A DNA stretch of 64,000 nucleotides, from contig CAWBZI010000006.1 of NCBI GenBank assembly GCA_963793265.1, positions 512,001 to 576,000 on the forward strand, written 5' to 3'. Of this stretch, positions 30,046-40,486 are shown one piece after another. The position numbers and the translations under genes were made by a program. The notes beneath the pieces were generated by a model. It worked only from the letters and a program-made list of their open reading frames with translations. It was not told the origin of the DNA and did not search any database. The stretch is from an uncultured cyanobacterium. GTDB lineage: Bacteria > Cyanobacteriota > Cyanobacteriia > Phormidesmidales > Phormidesmidaceae. How positions within the stretch are numbered: position 1 is the stretch's first letter; each line of letters begins with the position of its first letter.

Positions 30046-31116
30046 ATGATTAAAACGCTTGATACCGCCTCCGTTTTAGAAGTCCTTAAGCCCGTTCAAG
30101 ATCCAGAGCTGCAAAAAAGCCTGGTCGCCTTGAACATGATTCGCAACGTGACGGTAGACGGCGGTAATGTGAGCTTTACGCTGGTGCTGACCACGCCCGC
30201 TTGCCCGCTGCGTGAGTTCATCGTCGAAGACTGTGAAAAGGCTGTGCGCACGCTACCCGGTGTTGAGAATGTAGCGGTAGAGGTAACCGCTGAAACGCCT
30301 CAGCAGAAGGCGCTGCCCGATCGCACGGGCATTGCGGGCGTGAAAAATATTTTGGCAGTTACCAGCGGCAAAGGCGGCGTGGGCAAGAGCACGGTCGCCA
30401 TTAATATTGCTGTTGCCTTGGCAAAAACCGGCGCTACGGTTGGCTTGATTGATGCCGACATCTACGGCCCTAATGCGCCGACCATGATGGGCCTCAGTGA
30501 AGCTAATGTGACCGTTCGAGATGACAACGGCGCTCAGGTGCTAGAGCCTGCCTTTAACCACGGCGTAAAAATGGTGTCGATGGGCTTTTTAATCGATAAA
30601 GATCAGCCGGTAGTATGGCGCGGCCCAATGCTAAACGGGGTAATTCGTCAGTTTCTCTATCAGGTGCAGTGGGGCGAGCTGGACTACATGGTGGTGGATA
30701 TGCCACCCGGTACGGGAGACGCACAGCTAACGCTGGCTCAAGCGGTGCCGATGGCCGGGGCGATTATTGTGACCACGCCGCAGAACGTAGCGCTTTCGGA
30801 CGCGCGCCGGGGTCTGAAAATGTTCGAGCAGTTGAATGTGCCAATTTTGGGCCTGGTTGAAAATATGAGCTATTTTGTGCCGCCCGATATGCCCGATAAA
30901 AAATACGCTATTTTTGGTACGGATGGCGGTGAAAAAGCAGCGGAAGAGTTAGGCGTGACGCTATTGGGCAAAGTGCCTTTAGAGATGCCGGTGCGAGAGG
31001 GAGGCGATTCGGGATTGCCGATTGTGCTCTCTGCGCCTGAGTCGGCTTCAGCGATCGCGCTAATGGATATTGCTAAGCAGGCGGCGGCTAAAATCTCTGT
31101 GGCAGCGCTGACTTAG
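30046..31116 (+). CDS. mrp: Mrp/ApbC Fe-S carrier ATPase
   Basis: SGKGGVGKST, DADIYGP, WRGPM, DMPPGTGD, ENMS. Confidence 0.95.
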   Translation: MIKTLDTASVLEVLKPVQDPELQKSLVALNMIRNVTVDGGNVSFTLVLTTPACPLREFIVEDCEKAVRTLPGVENVAVEVTAETPQQKALPDRTGIAGVKNILAVTSGKGGVGKSTVAINIAVALAKTGATVGLIDADIYGPNAPTMMGLSEANVTVRDDNGAQVLEPAFNHGVKMVSMGFLIDKDQPVVWRGPMLNGVIRQFLYQVQWGELDYMVVDMPPGTGDAQLTLAQAVPMAGAIIVTTPQNVALSDARRGLKMFEQLNVPILGLVENMSYFVPPDMPDKKYAIFGTDGGEKAAEELGVTLLGKVPLEMPVREGGDSGLPIVLSAPESASAIALMDIAKQAAAKISVAALT

Positions 31117-31165
31117 AAAAATATGAGCTAAAAAACATTTGACTATTATTGTTTGCACTTAATCT

Positions 31166-32437
31166 ATGTCTTCTTATTCTCCTAGCTCGTCGCAGTTTAA
31201 GAAACGCTGGAAGCGGCTTTTTCACGGCTGGCAGGGCGTGGACTGGCTGCTGTTTATGCTGCCGGTAGGCGTAACCATCTTTGCGAGCATTTTAATTGGC
31301 AGCACGCAAAAGTACACGGGTGAAGGCGGATATGCCATTAACCACGCGATTTTAGGAGCGATTGGCGCGGCGCTGGCCCTGTGGATTGCGCGCAGTCGCT
31401 ACGAGGTGCTGTTGCAGTGGCGATGGATTATTTATGGGGCGACGATTGTGTCGCTGCTAGCCGTTATGTTCATCGGGACAGAGGGCCTGGGGGCGCAGCG
31501 CTGGATTACCATTCTCGGCTTTAACGTACAGCCTTCTGAGTTTGCCAAGCTGGGCGCAATCATTACCCTGGCCGCGACGCTGAAAGACCGCGATGCTTCG
31601 ACGCTCTACGGCATGGTGAAGGCGCTGGCGATTACGGCGGTGCCCTGGGCGCTGGTCTTTTTACAGCCTGACTTAGGCACCTCACTGGTGTTTGGCGCAA
31701 TCACGCTAGGAATGCTGTACTGGAGCGGCACGAATCCAGGCTGGTTGATTTTGATGATTTCGCCGCTGGTGTCGGCAATTGTGTCTCAAATTTGGCCGCC
31801 AGTGTGGATCGTATGGGCCGTGCTGATGGGAATTGTGGCGTTTCGGTCGCTGCCCTGGTGGTCGCTGTATAGTGGAGCGATCGCAGTCATTATCAACCTC
31901 CTCTCAGGCAAGCTTGGTCAGGTGTTGTGGGGCGTACTCAAGGACTACCAAAAAGACCGTCTCATTCTCTTTCTAGATCCTGATAAAGATCCACTAGGCG
32001 GCGGCTATCACCTAATTCAGTCACGAATTGCCATTGGCGCAGGCGAGCTGTGGGGTCGCGGGCTCTTTCACGGCACCCAAACGCAGCTCAGCTTTATTCC
32101 TGAGCAGCACACAGACTTTATTTTCTCAGCAGTCGGTGAAGAACTTGGCTTTGTCGGTGGCATGGCGCTACTGCTCGCCTTCTGGCTCATCTGCCTGCGC
32201 CTGGTCATGATTGCGCAAAACGCAAAAGACAATTTCGGCTCATTGCTAGCCGTCGGCGTACTGTCGATGATTGTCTTTCAGGCCGTCCTCAACATTTGCA
32301 TGACCATTGGCCTTGCCCCCATCACAGGCATTCCGCTGCCCTGGATGAGCTACGGACGCTCGGCGCTACTGACGAATTTTATTGCGATAGGGCTAGTGGA
32401 ATCGGTAGCGAACTATCGATTTAGGCTGAAGTTTTAG
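31166..32437 (+). CDS. rodA: Rod shape-determining SEDS protein
   Basis: QPSEFAK, QPDLGT, IPEQHTDFIF, GIPLPWMSYG. Confidence 0.93.
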   Translation: MSSYSPSSSQFKKRWKRLFHGWQGVDWLLFMLPVGVTIFASILIGSTQKYTGEGGYAINHAILGAIGAALALWIARSRYEVLLQWRWIIYGATIVSLLAVMFIGTEGLGAQRWITILGFNVQPSEFAKLGAIITLAATLKDRDASTLYGMVKALAITAVPWALVFLQPDLGTSLVFGAITLGMLYWSGTNPGWLILMISPLVSAIVSQIWPPVWIVWAVLMGIVAFRSLPWWSLYSGAIAVIINLLSGKLGQVLWGVLKDYQKDRLILFLDPDKDPLGGGYHLIQSRIAIGAGELWGRGLFHGTQTQLSFIPEQHTDFIFSAVGEELGFVGGMALLLAFWLICLRLVMIAQNAKDNFGSLLAVGVLSMIVFQAVLNICMTIGLAPITGIPLPWMSYGRSALLTNFIAIGLVESVANYRFRLKF

Positions 32438-32476
32438 GTATGTCGTTGAAACTTGAAAGGATATCATCCTCGCCAT

Positions 32477-32797
32477 TCATACGAGTATGCCTTCTTCATG
32501 AATAGCTCGAAACAAAGGACTTGCAACTCGAGGACTGTCCTCAAACTGCTCACGTGAATACTCAAGAGTTTGAATGAACAATTCGTGCTCAAACCCCACC
32601 TCCCAAGCCGCGTAGTCGATTATGTTTCTGTGATCTGCGCTCATCTCATCGGCAACGACGCAAATATCAAAATCTGAGTCGGGTTGCGCATCACCACGCG
32701 CCCGCGAACCAAATGCCCAAATTTGAGCGTTGGGTATCTGCTTGCGTACCTTTCTCACAAACTCGCTGAGTATGGCCTGATCGCGCTCGGTCATCAT
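32477..32797 (-). CDS. Minimal nucleotidyltransferase (MNT) antitoxin-like protein
   Basis: FGSRARGDAQPDSDFDI. Confidence 0.88.
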   Translation of the reverse strand: MMTERDQAILSEFVRKVRKQIPNAQIWAFGSRARGDAQPDSDFDICVVADEMSADHRNIIDYAAWEVGFEHELFIQTLEYSREQFEDSPRVASPLFRAIHEEGILV

Positions 32798-32821
32798 GAT
32801 GCTTGTACTTCGCGAAGCTTA

Positions 32822-32975
32822 GGGAGCTGCGCTCAAATAAAGTACCGGCAAATCGACAGATATTGCCTTGGGCATAGCGTGCTATGCCCAAGGCAATATC
32901 TGTCGGGGCTTAGCACTGCTATGCCCGAGGCAATGAACAGCGCTATCAGCGGTACTTTATTTAGACGCATGTCCC
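32822..32975. mobile_element. MITE-like element with about 26-bp TIRs, flanking TTA duplication and an internal perfect palindrome
   Basis: gggagctgcgctcaaataaagtaccg / cggtactttatttagacgcatgtccc; TTA at 32819-32821 and 32976-32978; 25-bp perfect arms spanning 32854-32905. Confidence 0.8.
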
Positions 32976-33062
32976 TTATGCCTGATATTTTAGCGGCAAC
33001 AAGCCTGGGCAGTTTTGCTGTTTCCTGCGCCAGGCTCATCAACTTTGTCTAGAGCGCTAATT

Positions 33063-33326
33063 TTAGTAGCTGTCGTCACCCGTGACGGTTTTGATGCCGA
33101 GGGAGTGGTTGGCTTCGTGAAGGCGTTCAGCGATCGCATCTCTCCAGTTCAAGCTAATTTTAGGATTAGCCAACACCTGCTGCGCCTGCTGGCGACACTG
33201 CGCGCCTTGCTCTATATCCATAGAACCAATCGTCGCCAAATCTTCGTAGAGCTTTTGCAGCGGAACTTTTTGCTGAGGAACTTGCTTAGTCGTATCTGAC
33301 ATTACACCAGCAATAGTTTCAGGCAT
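33063..33326 (-). CDS. Small hypothetical protein
   Basis: ATG with upstream GGAG; plausible helical protein. Confidence 0.6.
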   Translation of the reverse strand: MPETIAGVMSDTTKQVPQQKVPLQKLYEDLATIGSMDIEQGAQCRQQAQQVLANPKISLNWRDAIAERLHEANHSLGIKTVTGDDSY

Positions 33327-33555
33327 GGTTTAATTCTCCAGTTGATAATTTCTATAATCAAAGCCGTCAATTATTTTTGAGAGCCTGCTGTGATTATCAA
33401 AGACTAGGGCAGGCAATTTCGGTGATAGTGATCAGATGGCTAGAAAGGTTTACAGAGCAACACGGTTCGTTGTTATTTCTTAAAAGAAAAAAAGAAGGAA
33501 TAGAGCGAAAATGCAAGGGTGGACGATGCGTTGATGAAAAAACTGCAAGAAAACT

Positions 33556-33861
33556 ATGCTGCTATCGCCTCAAGAAAAAGACAAGCTGCTGATTTTTACG
33601 GCGGCACTGGTTGCCGAACGGCGAAAAGACAGAGGGCTAAAGCTCAACTACCCTGAAGCTGTGGCCTATATTTCGGCGGCGATCATGGAAGGCGCACGTG
33701 ATGGCAAAACGGTGAGCGAGCTGATGAGTGAGGGCACGACGCTGCTAAAGCGGGCTGATGTGATGGAAGGGATTCCTGAGATGGTGCATGAGGTGCAGGT
33801 GGAAGCCACGTTCCCAGATGGGACTAAGCTGGTGACCGTGCACGATCCAATCATGGATTAA
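33556..33861 (+). CDS. ureA: Urease gamma subunit
   Basis: [26 protein letters not shown]. Confidence 0.97.
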   Translation: MLLSPQEKDKLLIFTAALVAERRKDRGLKLNYPEAVAYISAAIMEGARDGKTVSELMSEGTTLLKRADVMEGIPEMVHEVQVEATFPDGTKLVTVHDPIMD

Positions 33862-33889
33862 CAGGATGGATTGATAGAGGATTTACTCA

Positions 33890-34240
33890 ATGTATAAAGA
33901 GAACTCGGTAGCGCAGATTCCTTTGGTGCCAGGGCAGGTTATTCCTGGTGGCTCGGAGCCGATTGAGCTGAATGCGACTCGCGAGGCGATCGCGATGGTG
34001 GTGAGTAACATAGGCGATCGCCCGATTCAGGTGGGCTCTCACTTTCACTTTTATGAGGTGAATGAAGGGCTGCAATTTGATCGCGATCGCGCTAAAAAAA
34101 TGCGGCTAAATATCACCGCTGGCACGGCTGTACGCTTTGAGCCAGGCGACGAAAAGGAGGTAGAGCTAGTGCCATATGGCGGCTCTAAGGAGATCTATGG
34201 CTTCAATGGAAAATATGACGGCGCTGAGCTGAAAGGATAG
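33890..34240 (+). CDS. ureB: Urease beta subunit
   Basis: [27 protein letters not shown]. Confidence 0.97.
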   Translation: MYKENSVAQIPLVPGQVIPGGSEPIELNATREAIAMVVSNIGDRPIQVGSHFHFYEVNEGLQFDRDRAKKMRLNITAGTAVRFEPGDEKEVELVPYGGSKEIYGFNGKYDGAELKG

Positions 34241-34244
34241 GGCT

Positions 34245-34892
34245 ATGCCAAAATCAGCAGCGCGGTTGGGCATTGGTGGGCCGGTGGGCAGTGGTAAAAC
34301 GGCGCTGATAGAAGGCATTGTGCCGATGCTGATGGCTCAAGGGGTTGAGGTGGCGGTGGTGACCAATGACCTGCTGACCACGGAAGATGCCGATCGGCTG
34401 AAGCGGAAGGGGTTTTTGCCTGCCGAGCGAGTGATTGGGGTAGAAACGGGGAGCTGTCCGCATACGGCGATTCGGGAAGATCCGACGATGAATCAGCTCG
34501 CCATACAGGACTTGGAGCTGTTGTTTCCGCAGCTAGATTTGATTTTGATTGAGAGCGGCGGTGATAATTTGGCCTCTACCTTTAGCTACGAGCTGGTGGA
34601 CGCCTATATTTTTGTGATTGACGTGGGCGCGGGGGATGATATTCCGCGTAAAAATGGGCCGGGGTTTGTTCAATCTGATTTGGCAGTGGTTAACAAGATT
34701 GATCTAGCGCCCTATGTGGGTGCCGATTTGGATTTGATGCGACAGCAGTCCGATCAATACCGTCAAGGGAAGCCTGTTATCTATACCAACTGCAAGACTT
34801 CTGAAGGGTTAGATAAGGTGGTTTCATTTATCCAGGAGTCACTGTTGTTTGGTCAGTCAGCACCGAAAGCACTGGTGAATAATGCGCCTTGA
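34245..34892 (+). CDS. ureG: Urease accessory GTPase
   Basis: [29 protein letters not shown]. Confidence 0.95.
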   Translation: MPKSAARLGIGGPVGSGKTALIEGIVPMLMAQGVEVAVVTNDLLTTEDADRLKRKGFLPAERVIGVETGSCPHTAIREDPTMNQLAIQDLELLFPQLDLILIESGGDNLASTFSYELVDAYIFVIDVGAGDDIPRKNGPGFVQSDLAVVNKIDLAPYVGADLDLMRQQSDQYRQGKPVIYTNCKTSEGLDKVVSFIQESLLFGQSAPKALVNNAP

Positions 34893-35760
34893 TACTGCGG
34901 TTGCTCAAAAGCAGCTTGCATTGAAACTCACCTGTAATTCTGCCGGGAGAACAGTTTCAAGCCATCGCTATATGGCCTATCCGCTGAGCGTTTCGCCTGT
35001 CTTTAGGCTGGAAGAAAATGGCACTGAGATGTCTTCTCAGAGGGCTTACCTATATCGGATGAATACGTCGCCGGGGCTGCTTGCGGGCGATCGCTTAAAA
35101 ACCTCTCTTAATCTAGAGCCCGACAGTCAGCTTTATTTAGCCGATCAGTCTGCCACTAAGGTTCATACGATGCCGGGATCGAACGACCGAGCGACGGTGG
35201 ACTATCAGATCAACGTAGGCGATCGCGCCACCCTGGAGTTTCTTCCTGAACCGTTGATTCTCTTTGCAGATTCAGCGCTCACTCAAAAAACGTGTATCAC
35301 TGTGCATCCTACAGCGGGGCTGAGCCTGGGTGAGATTATTTTGCCGGGGCGGCTAGCGAGAGGGGAAGTGTATAAGTTTCGAGAGTATGTGAGTCGGTTG
35401 GAGGTGCGATCGCCTGAAGGAACGCTGTTGTTTGTTGAAGCGATGAAGCTACTGGGTAAAGAGAATCGGTTTAAGGCTAGTGATTTGTTTTCTAGCGGTG
35501 CGGTGTTAGGGAGTTTGGTTTTGATTTTGCCAGAGGCGATCACAACCCCAGAAAACTTAGCTGCTCTAGGCCACGACATTGATGCACTTGCCGGTAGCTA
35601 TGTAGCCGTTGAGCTAGCAAGTTCTACTTTGCCCCATAGCAAGGGATTGTTTGTTCGGGCGATGGCAGCCAATACGCGCAGTCTTCAATCCTGTTTCAAA
35701 GAGGCTCTAAATTGCGTACGCAAAACCAGGAATGAACTACCGCTACCTTATTCTGTCTAG
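34882..35760 (+). CDS. ureD: Urease accessory protein UreD
   Basis: [31 protein letters not shown]. Confidence 0.9.
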   Translation: MRLDTAVAQKQLALKLTCNSAGRTVSSHRYMAYPLSVSPVFRLEENGTEMSSQRAYLYRMNTSPGLLAGDRLKTSLNLEPDSQLYLADQSATKVHTMPGSNDRATVDYQINVGDRATLEFLPEPLILFADSALTQKTCITVHPTAGLSLGEIILPGRLARGEVYKFREYVSRLEVRSPEGTLLFVEAMKLLGKENRFKASDLFSSGAVLGSLVLILPEAITTPENLAALGHDIDALAGSYVAVELASSTLPHSKGLFVRAMAANTRSLQSCFKEALNCVRKTRNELPLPYSV

Positions 35761-35767
35761 CAGAAGT

Positions 35768-36076
35768 CTAATAGATCACTTTAGCGGATTTGAGAATGCT
35801 CTGGCATCGAGCTAGGTTTCGTCCGTTCTCTATGGATTTTTTAGTTAAGATATCAACTTCTCGACCGAATAGTTCTTCTAATTCAAGCTTAATTTGAGCA
35901 AGAGTCAACAGCCCTTTTCGAGCGTCAGGGGCAAAGGTAATCAAAACATCAATATCGCTGCTAGCTTTAAAGTCGTCCCGAAGGGCAGAGCCAAACAAGG
36001 CAAGTTCAGTAACTTGTTTACGCTGACACAGGTCTTTAATTTGAGCCATCGGTAGCGAGATATTTGTGAGGGTCAT
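35768..36076 (-). CDS. MNT (MntA-like) nucleotidyltransferase antitoxin
   Basis: LALFGSALRDDF...SDIDVL, LEELFGREVD. Confidence 0.9.
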   Translation of the reverse strand: MTLTNISLPMAQIKDLCQRKQVTELALFGSALRDDFKASSDIDVLITFAPDARKGLLTLAQIKLELEELFGREVDILTKKSIENGRNLARCQSILKSAKVIY

Positions 36077-36102
36077 GTCAATCTACCTCTTGCACAGAGC
36101 TT

Positions 36103-37266
36103 TTATATAGAAAATCGATCAATCAGCATTTGGTTAATAAGTAGATCAGGTTCGCTAGTAAGATGCTGGGCGTAGCGCTGAGCGACAGGCGGCACGAGGG
36201 CAAAGGGGCCAGTGAAGCCACTGAAGAGGTGAAGGCCGCTGACGCCGGGAACGGGGCCAAGGAGCGGGAGGCCGTCTTGAGTGAAGGTGACCAGGCAGTG
36301 CCGCCAGGTGCCGGGCGCATTTTCTAGACAGGGCACTTGCTGAGAGATTGCCTCTCGCATTGCCAACGCACTTGTACTTGGATCGCAAGGCGGCGTATAT
36401 GCCGTGTGGAACCGGCTAATTTGTCCAAGCCGAGCCGTTTTATTTGCGAACTGAATCACCCCGGCTTCTAACACAGGTGGCATGATCTGAGTGTCTTTTT
36501 GCTGCCAGCGACTGTCTGTAGCCGCTTCGGCTTCTTGTTCAAAGCGAGCGTTGCTAGCAGGCATGATTAGCGATCGCACCACTACATCCAAAGGCGGCGT
36601 TTCAACAATCTCGGCATGGGTAAAGAACAAAGGCACCTGCAAACCAGCCGCTTGAATAAGCTGTTGACTATACGCCCCCGCCGCAACCACAACAGTGCTA
36701 GCTGGATAAGCTTGAGCCGCTGTTGTCACGCCCGTTACCTTTTCTCCTATCTTTACCAGCCCTGTCGCCTCCGCAATACTATGATGTCCGCCTAATCTCC
36801 TAAAGGCTCCGTTATAAGCCGATACAACAGACATCGGATCAACATGGCCATGCTTCGTTGTAAAAGCGCCCTCTATTGCATCCACATTAAGCTGAGGCTC
36901 AATCTCATGCGCTTCTTTTGCAGCAACAAATTCAGGCGGCGTATTAAAAATCTCATAGGCTTTAATAAACGCTTCTACATCCGCGCCCTTATCTACCGTT
37001 AACAGCAGATCCAACTCTCGCAGTTGAGTCTCTGCGCCTAGTTCTTCAGGCAGCTCCCTATGCCGCACCATTCCAGCGGTAAACAGCTTGCTCGTCAGAT
37101 CCGTAGTGCCTGCCCAATAACCAATTCCTCCGTAGCTATAGCGCGTGCCGCTATCAAGATTGCCATCGTCTAAAAGCAGCACAGATTGACCAGCTTTGAC
37201 CAGCTCGTAGCTGAGAGCAGCCCCTGCCAAGCCATTGCCAATCACGATGGTGTCGTAGGTTTGCAT
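36103..37266 (-). CDS. FAD-dependent oxidoreductase (DAO family)
   Basis: VIGNGLAG, VVAAGAYS, DGLPLLG. Confidence 0.88.
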   Translation of the reverse strand: MQTYDTIVIGNGLAGAALSYELVKAGQSVLLLDDGNLDSGTRYSYGGIGYWAGTTDLTSKLFTAGMVRHRELPEELGAETQLRELDLLLTVDKGADVEAFIKAYEIFNTPPEFVAAKEAHEIEPQLNVDAIEGAFTTKHGHVDPMSVVSAYNGAFRRLGGHHSIAEATGLVKIGEKVTGVTTAAQAYPASTVVVAAGAYSQQLIQAAGLQVPLFFTHAEIVETPPLDVVVRSLIMPASNARFEQEAEAATDSRWQQKDTQIMPPVLEAGVIQFANKTARLGQISRFHTAYTPPCDPSTSALAMREAISQQVPCLENAPGTWRHCLVTFTQDGLPLLGPVPGVSGLHLFSGFTGPFALVPPVAQRYAQHLTSEPDLLINQMLIDRFSI

Positions 37267-37269
37267 ACG

Positions 37270-37977
37270 TTAAGGATGAATCTGAGACAAGATCATGCGT
37301 AGCCGGTCGTAATCGTCTTTAAGCAATACGCTCACCATACGCCCCGCTCGTACCAGCCAGTCGCGATCGAGATCGCGCAGATTATAGATTTCACGAATTG
37401 CCGCTGCTACTAAGCTTTCAGTCGGGACACCGCTGACTTGTAACAACGTGCGTAACCAGTCGAGTTCTTCGGTAAAGCTCACCACTTCGGGGATGTCACA
37501 GCGATAAACGGCCTGGTGAACCTGAGGCGGGCGTGGGGGAAGATGCTGATAGATGCGATCGCTCAAAACCATCCCATTTCCGTTAGTAGATCCATTAGAC
37601 CCGCTGACCCTGCCATTCTTCCGCCCGGCCTGCATCGGCACAAAGCCCACAATCGCCACGCTAAACTCAGTTTTAAGCATCGCAAAAATCTGCGGCTGCT
37701 GCTCTCTCAGCTCATCTAATGACATGCCCAGCGCCCGCGCCCGGTGCACCGAATCCATCGGGCTCGTCGTCGCGTGATACACCACGCCGTATATCTGATT
37801 AGCCGACTCCTCGTCATAGGCTTTTACCCAGCTGCCAAACGGCGGCATCGCCGGAAAGCTTAAATCTTCAGGCTCAAGGCACTGCGCCAAAAACTCAGTC
37901 GTTGAGGTTTCAATCACCTCAGCGATATGACTTTTAGATCTTTCTTTGACTGCAAACTGCGGTAGCGGAAGGCGCAT
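37270..37977 (-). CDS. HAS-barrel domain protein (cyanobacterial)
   Basis: AEVIETSTTEFLAQC, PPFGSWV, PPRPPQVH. Confidence 0.8.
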   Translation of the reverse strand: MRLPLPQFAVKERSKSHIAEVIETSTTEFLAQCLEPEDLSFPAMPPFGSWVKAYDEESANQIYGVVYHATTSPMDSVHRARALGMSLDELREQQPQIFAMLKTEFSVAIVGFVPMQAGRKNGRVSGSNGSTNGNGMVLSDRIYQHLPPRPPQVHQAVYRCDIPEVVSFTEELDWLRTLLQVSGVPTESLVAAAIREIYNLRDLDRDWLVRAGRMVSVLLKDDYDRLRMILSQIHP

Positions 37978-37980
37978 CGC

Positions 37981-38172
37981 TTACTTTTTGCCTCGCTTGG
38001 GCTGCACAACTTCAAGGTCGGTCTTTTGAAAGGTCACAAGCTTGTCCCAGTTACCGCCCTCAAAAAGCACGGCAACCTTGCCATCGGTGATGCGCTGCAC
38101 CTGACCTTCAAATCCATAGTAGGTGTCGTCAGCGTTAGTAATGCGAACGGGCGAGCCTGGCAATATCATCAT
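37981..38172 (-). CDS. ndhS: NDH-1 subunit S
   Basis: ILPGSPV...[16 protein letters not shown]. Confidence 0.95.
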   Translation of the reverse strand: MMILPGSPVRITNADDTYYGFEGQVQRITDGKVAVLFEGGNWDKLVTFQKTDLEVVQPKRGKK

Positions 38173-38221
38173 GAGAGTACGCTATTAAATCTCAACGTTT
38201 TTGTCAGTGTAGAGGATCGTC

Positions 38222-38677
38222 ATGATTATTGAGTATTTGTATAACGGCGCTAATTTGTTTGTGCTGCCGTTTTGGCTGTTGATAGTGATCGTGCCGAACT
38301 GGTCGGTCACCCGGCGGATCATGGCGTCTACGCTGCCGTTTTTACCGCTAGCGCTAGCCTATATCTACTGCTTTGTGAACAGTTTAGATCCTGAGTCGGT
38401 GGAGTCTTTTGCGAATCCTACGTTAAGTGCGATCGCCGCTCTATTTGCCGATGAAAAAGTCATGGCAACCGGCTGGATTCACTTCGTCGTCATGGATCTC
38501 TTTGTAGGTCGCTGGATCTACTGGCAGGGGCAGGAGAAAGGCATTTTTACCCGTCATTCTTTAGCGCTATGCCTGTTTGCCGGGCCAATCGGACTGCTGT
38601 GCCATCTGGCAACCGCGCAATTACAAGAGCGATGGCTGGGCCTAGCGGAGGTCAAAGGCTCTGAGGCGATCGGCTGA
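38222..38677 (+). CDS. ABA4-like (DUF4281) membrane protein
   Basis: VLPFWLL, GWIHFVVMDLFVGRWIY, GPIGLL. Confidence 0.88.
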   Translation: MIIEYLYNGANLFVLPFWLLIVIVPNWSVTRRIMASTLPFLPLALAYIYCFVNSLDPESVESFANPTLSAIAALFADEKVMATGWIHFVVMDLFVGRWIYWQGQEKGIFTRHSLALCLFAGPIGLLCHLATAQLQERWLGLAEVKGSEAIG

Positions 38678-38767
38678 GTGGCACACTCTTTTTCTGCCAA
38701 CCTGCTTTTCTGCTAACCTACTGTCCATCGCTGATAATGTTGCGTTGTAGGTTAGCTGAAGCATCCA

Positions 38768-40411
38768 ATGATTGTGTCCCTCCTTTCTAGACGACGATTT
38801 TTGAGAATAGGTCAATACCTGGGCCTCTTTAGCCTTTGCTTAATGCTTGCCGTAAGCTGCCGCTCAGGTGGCGAATCGGTGGATGCCACCATTGGCCAGG
38901 GCAACCGGGTCGCCATTGGCACTACGCTCAGCGCCGATACGCTAGATCCTGCTGACGCCTACGAAACTTTTCCCGGCATTTTGCTCTACAACCTGGGTGA
39001 TCGCCTCTACACCTACGCCCCCGGCACCACCAATCTCACCCCTCAGCTCGCCACCGAACTTCCCACCATCTCAGAGGACGGGCTCACCTACACCATCCCC
39101 TTACGCGACGATGTGACCCTGCATGACGGCACCCCCTTCAATGCCGAAGTCATGGCCTTTTCCATGCAGCGCTTCATGGAGAACAACGGACGCCCGGCTG
39201 ATCTGCTCGCTAGCAAAGTCGAATCGGTTGAAGCCACCGGCCCTACTGAGCTAACGATCACGCTCGAAGCGCCGGTTGCCTCCTTTACCTCTTTACTCAC
39301 CTTCTCAGGCATTACCCCTGTCTCCCCCGAGCAGTACGAAATCGGCCTAGACACCTTCAAGCCCAATACCTTCATCGGCTCTGGCCCCTACAAGCTCAGC
39401 TCGTACACCAGCAGCGTTATTCGATTAGACGCCAACGAAGACTACTGGGGCGAAAAGCCCGCTAACGATGGCATTGATATTCAGGTCTTTACCAGCGCCG
39501 TTAACTTATACAACGCCTTCCAGTCCGGTAGCTTGGACGTAGCCTATCAGTCTCTAGATCCTGACCAGATCTCCCAGCTCGAAGCAGACGCGGCCAGCAA
39601 TAACTGGAACGTGATTGAAGCGGGCTCTACGGTGATTAACTATCTGGCAATTAACCAGAAAATTGAGCCGTTTGATGATTTGAACGTGCGCAAGGCGATC
39701 GCGGCGATGATTGACCGTTCATTGATTAGCGATCGCGCCTTCAAAGGCCAAGCCGAACCCCTCTACAGCCTCATTCCCAAAGCCTTCGAGGTATATGAGC
39801 CCGTCTTTGAAGAAGCCTACGGCGACGGCAACTTCGATCAGGCCAGAAAATATCTCGCCAGCGCTGGGATTACCGAAGCCAATCCGCTAGAGCTAGAAAT
39901 TTGGTACCCGTCCTCCTCCACCCCCAGAGCCGTTGCTGCCAACACCATGAAGCAGTCTATCGAGCAAGCGCTGCCCGGACTTGTCAACATTAAAGTAGAC
40001 ACCGCCGAAGTGGCGACCCTCTGGCAAAACGTAGAGCAGGGCCTTTACACCAGCGTGCTCTCCGACTGGTACGCCGACTATTTTGATCCTGAAAACTTCG
40101 TCCAGCCTTTCTTGACCTGCGCCGAAGGCTCCGCCGAAACCCTGTGCGAATCAGGCGAAAGTCAGCTCGGCGGCTCCTTCTACTACAGCGACGAAGCCAA
40201 CCAGCTTGTGAGCGACCAAAACGCCGAAACCGATCCTGCTAAACGGGCAGCTATCTTTAGCCAACTGCAAAAGCTCATGGTCGATGAAGTGCCCTACGTG
40301 CCGCTGTGGCAAACCAAAGACTATGTATTTACGACCGCTGACGTTAGCGATGTTGCCATCGAGCCCAATCAGCAGTTCCTATTTTGGCAAATAGACAAAG
40401 CTGAGTCTTAA
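38768..40411 (+). CDS. Peptide ABC transporter substrate-binding lipoprotein (family 5)
   Basis: Lipobox LAVSC, PQLATELP...DGLTYT, GSGPYKL. Confidence 0.92.
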   Translation: MIVSLLSRRRFLRIGQYLGLFSLCLMLAVSCRSGGESVDATIGQGNRVAIGTTLSADTLDPADAYETFPGILLYNLGDRLYTYAPGTTNLTPQLATELPTISEDGLTYTIPLRDDVTLHDGTPFNAEVMAFSMQRFMENNGRPADLLASKVESVEATGPTELTITLEAPVASFTSLLTFSGITPVSPEQYEIGLDTFKPNTFIGSGPYKLSSYTSSVIRLDANEDYWGEKPANDGIDIQVFTSAVNLYNAFQSGSLDVAYQSLDPDQISQLEADAASNNWNVIEAGSTVINYLAINQKIEPFDDLNVRKAIAAMIDRSLISDRAFKGQAEPLYSLIPKAFEVYEPVFEEAYGDGNFDQARKYLASAGITEANPLELEIWYPSSSTPRAVAANTMKQSIEQALPGLVNIKVDTAEVATLWQNVEQGLYTSVLSDWYADYFDPENFVQPFLTCAEGSAETLCESGESQLGGSFYYSDEANQLVSDQNAETDPAKRAAIFSQLQKLMVDEVPYVPLWQTKDYVFTTADVSDVAIEPNQQFLFWQIDKAES

Positions 40412-40486
40412 GCTAAGACAGACGTAGATAGACTTAACGTTTTCCACGCATTCCCAAGGCCCTCACCCCCCAACTACCCAATCCCC

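Noticed and set aside
32833..33042. ORFs with duplicated DRYCLGHS peptide on both strands
   Set aside because: Artefact of translating the perfect palindrome in the MITE
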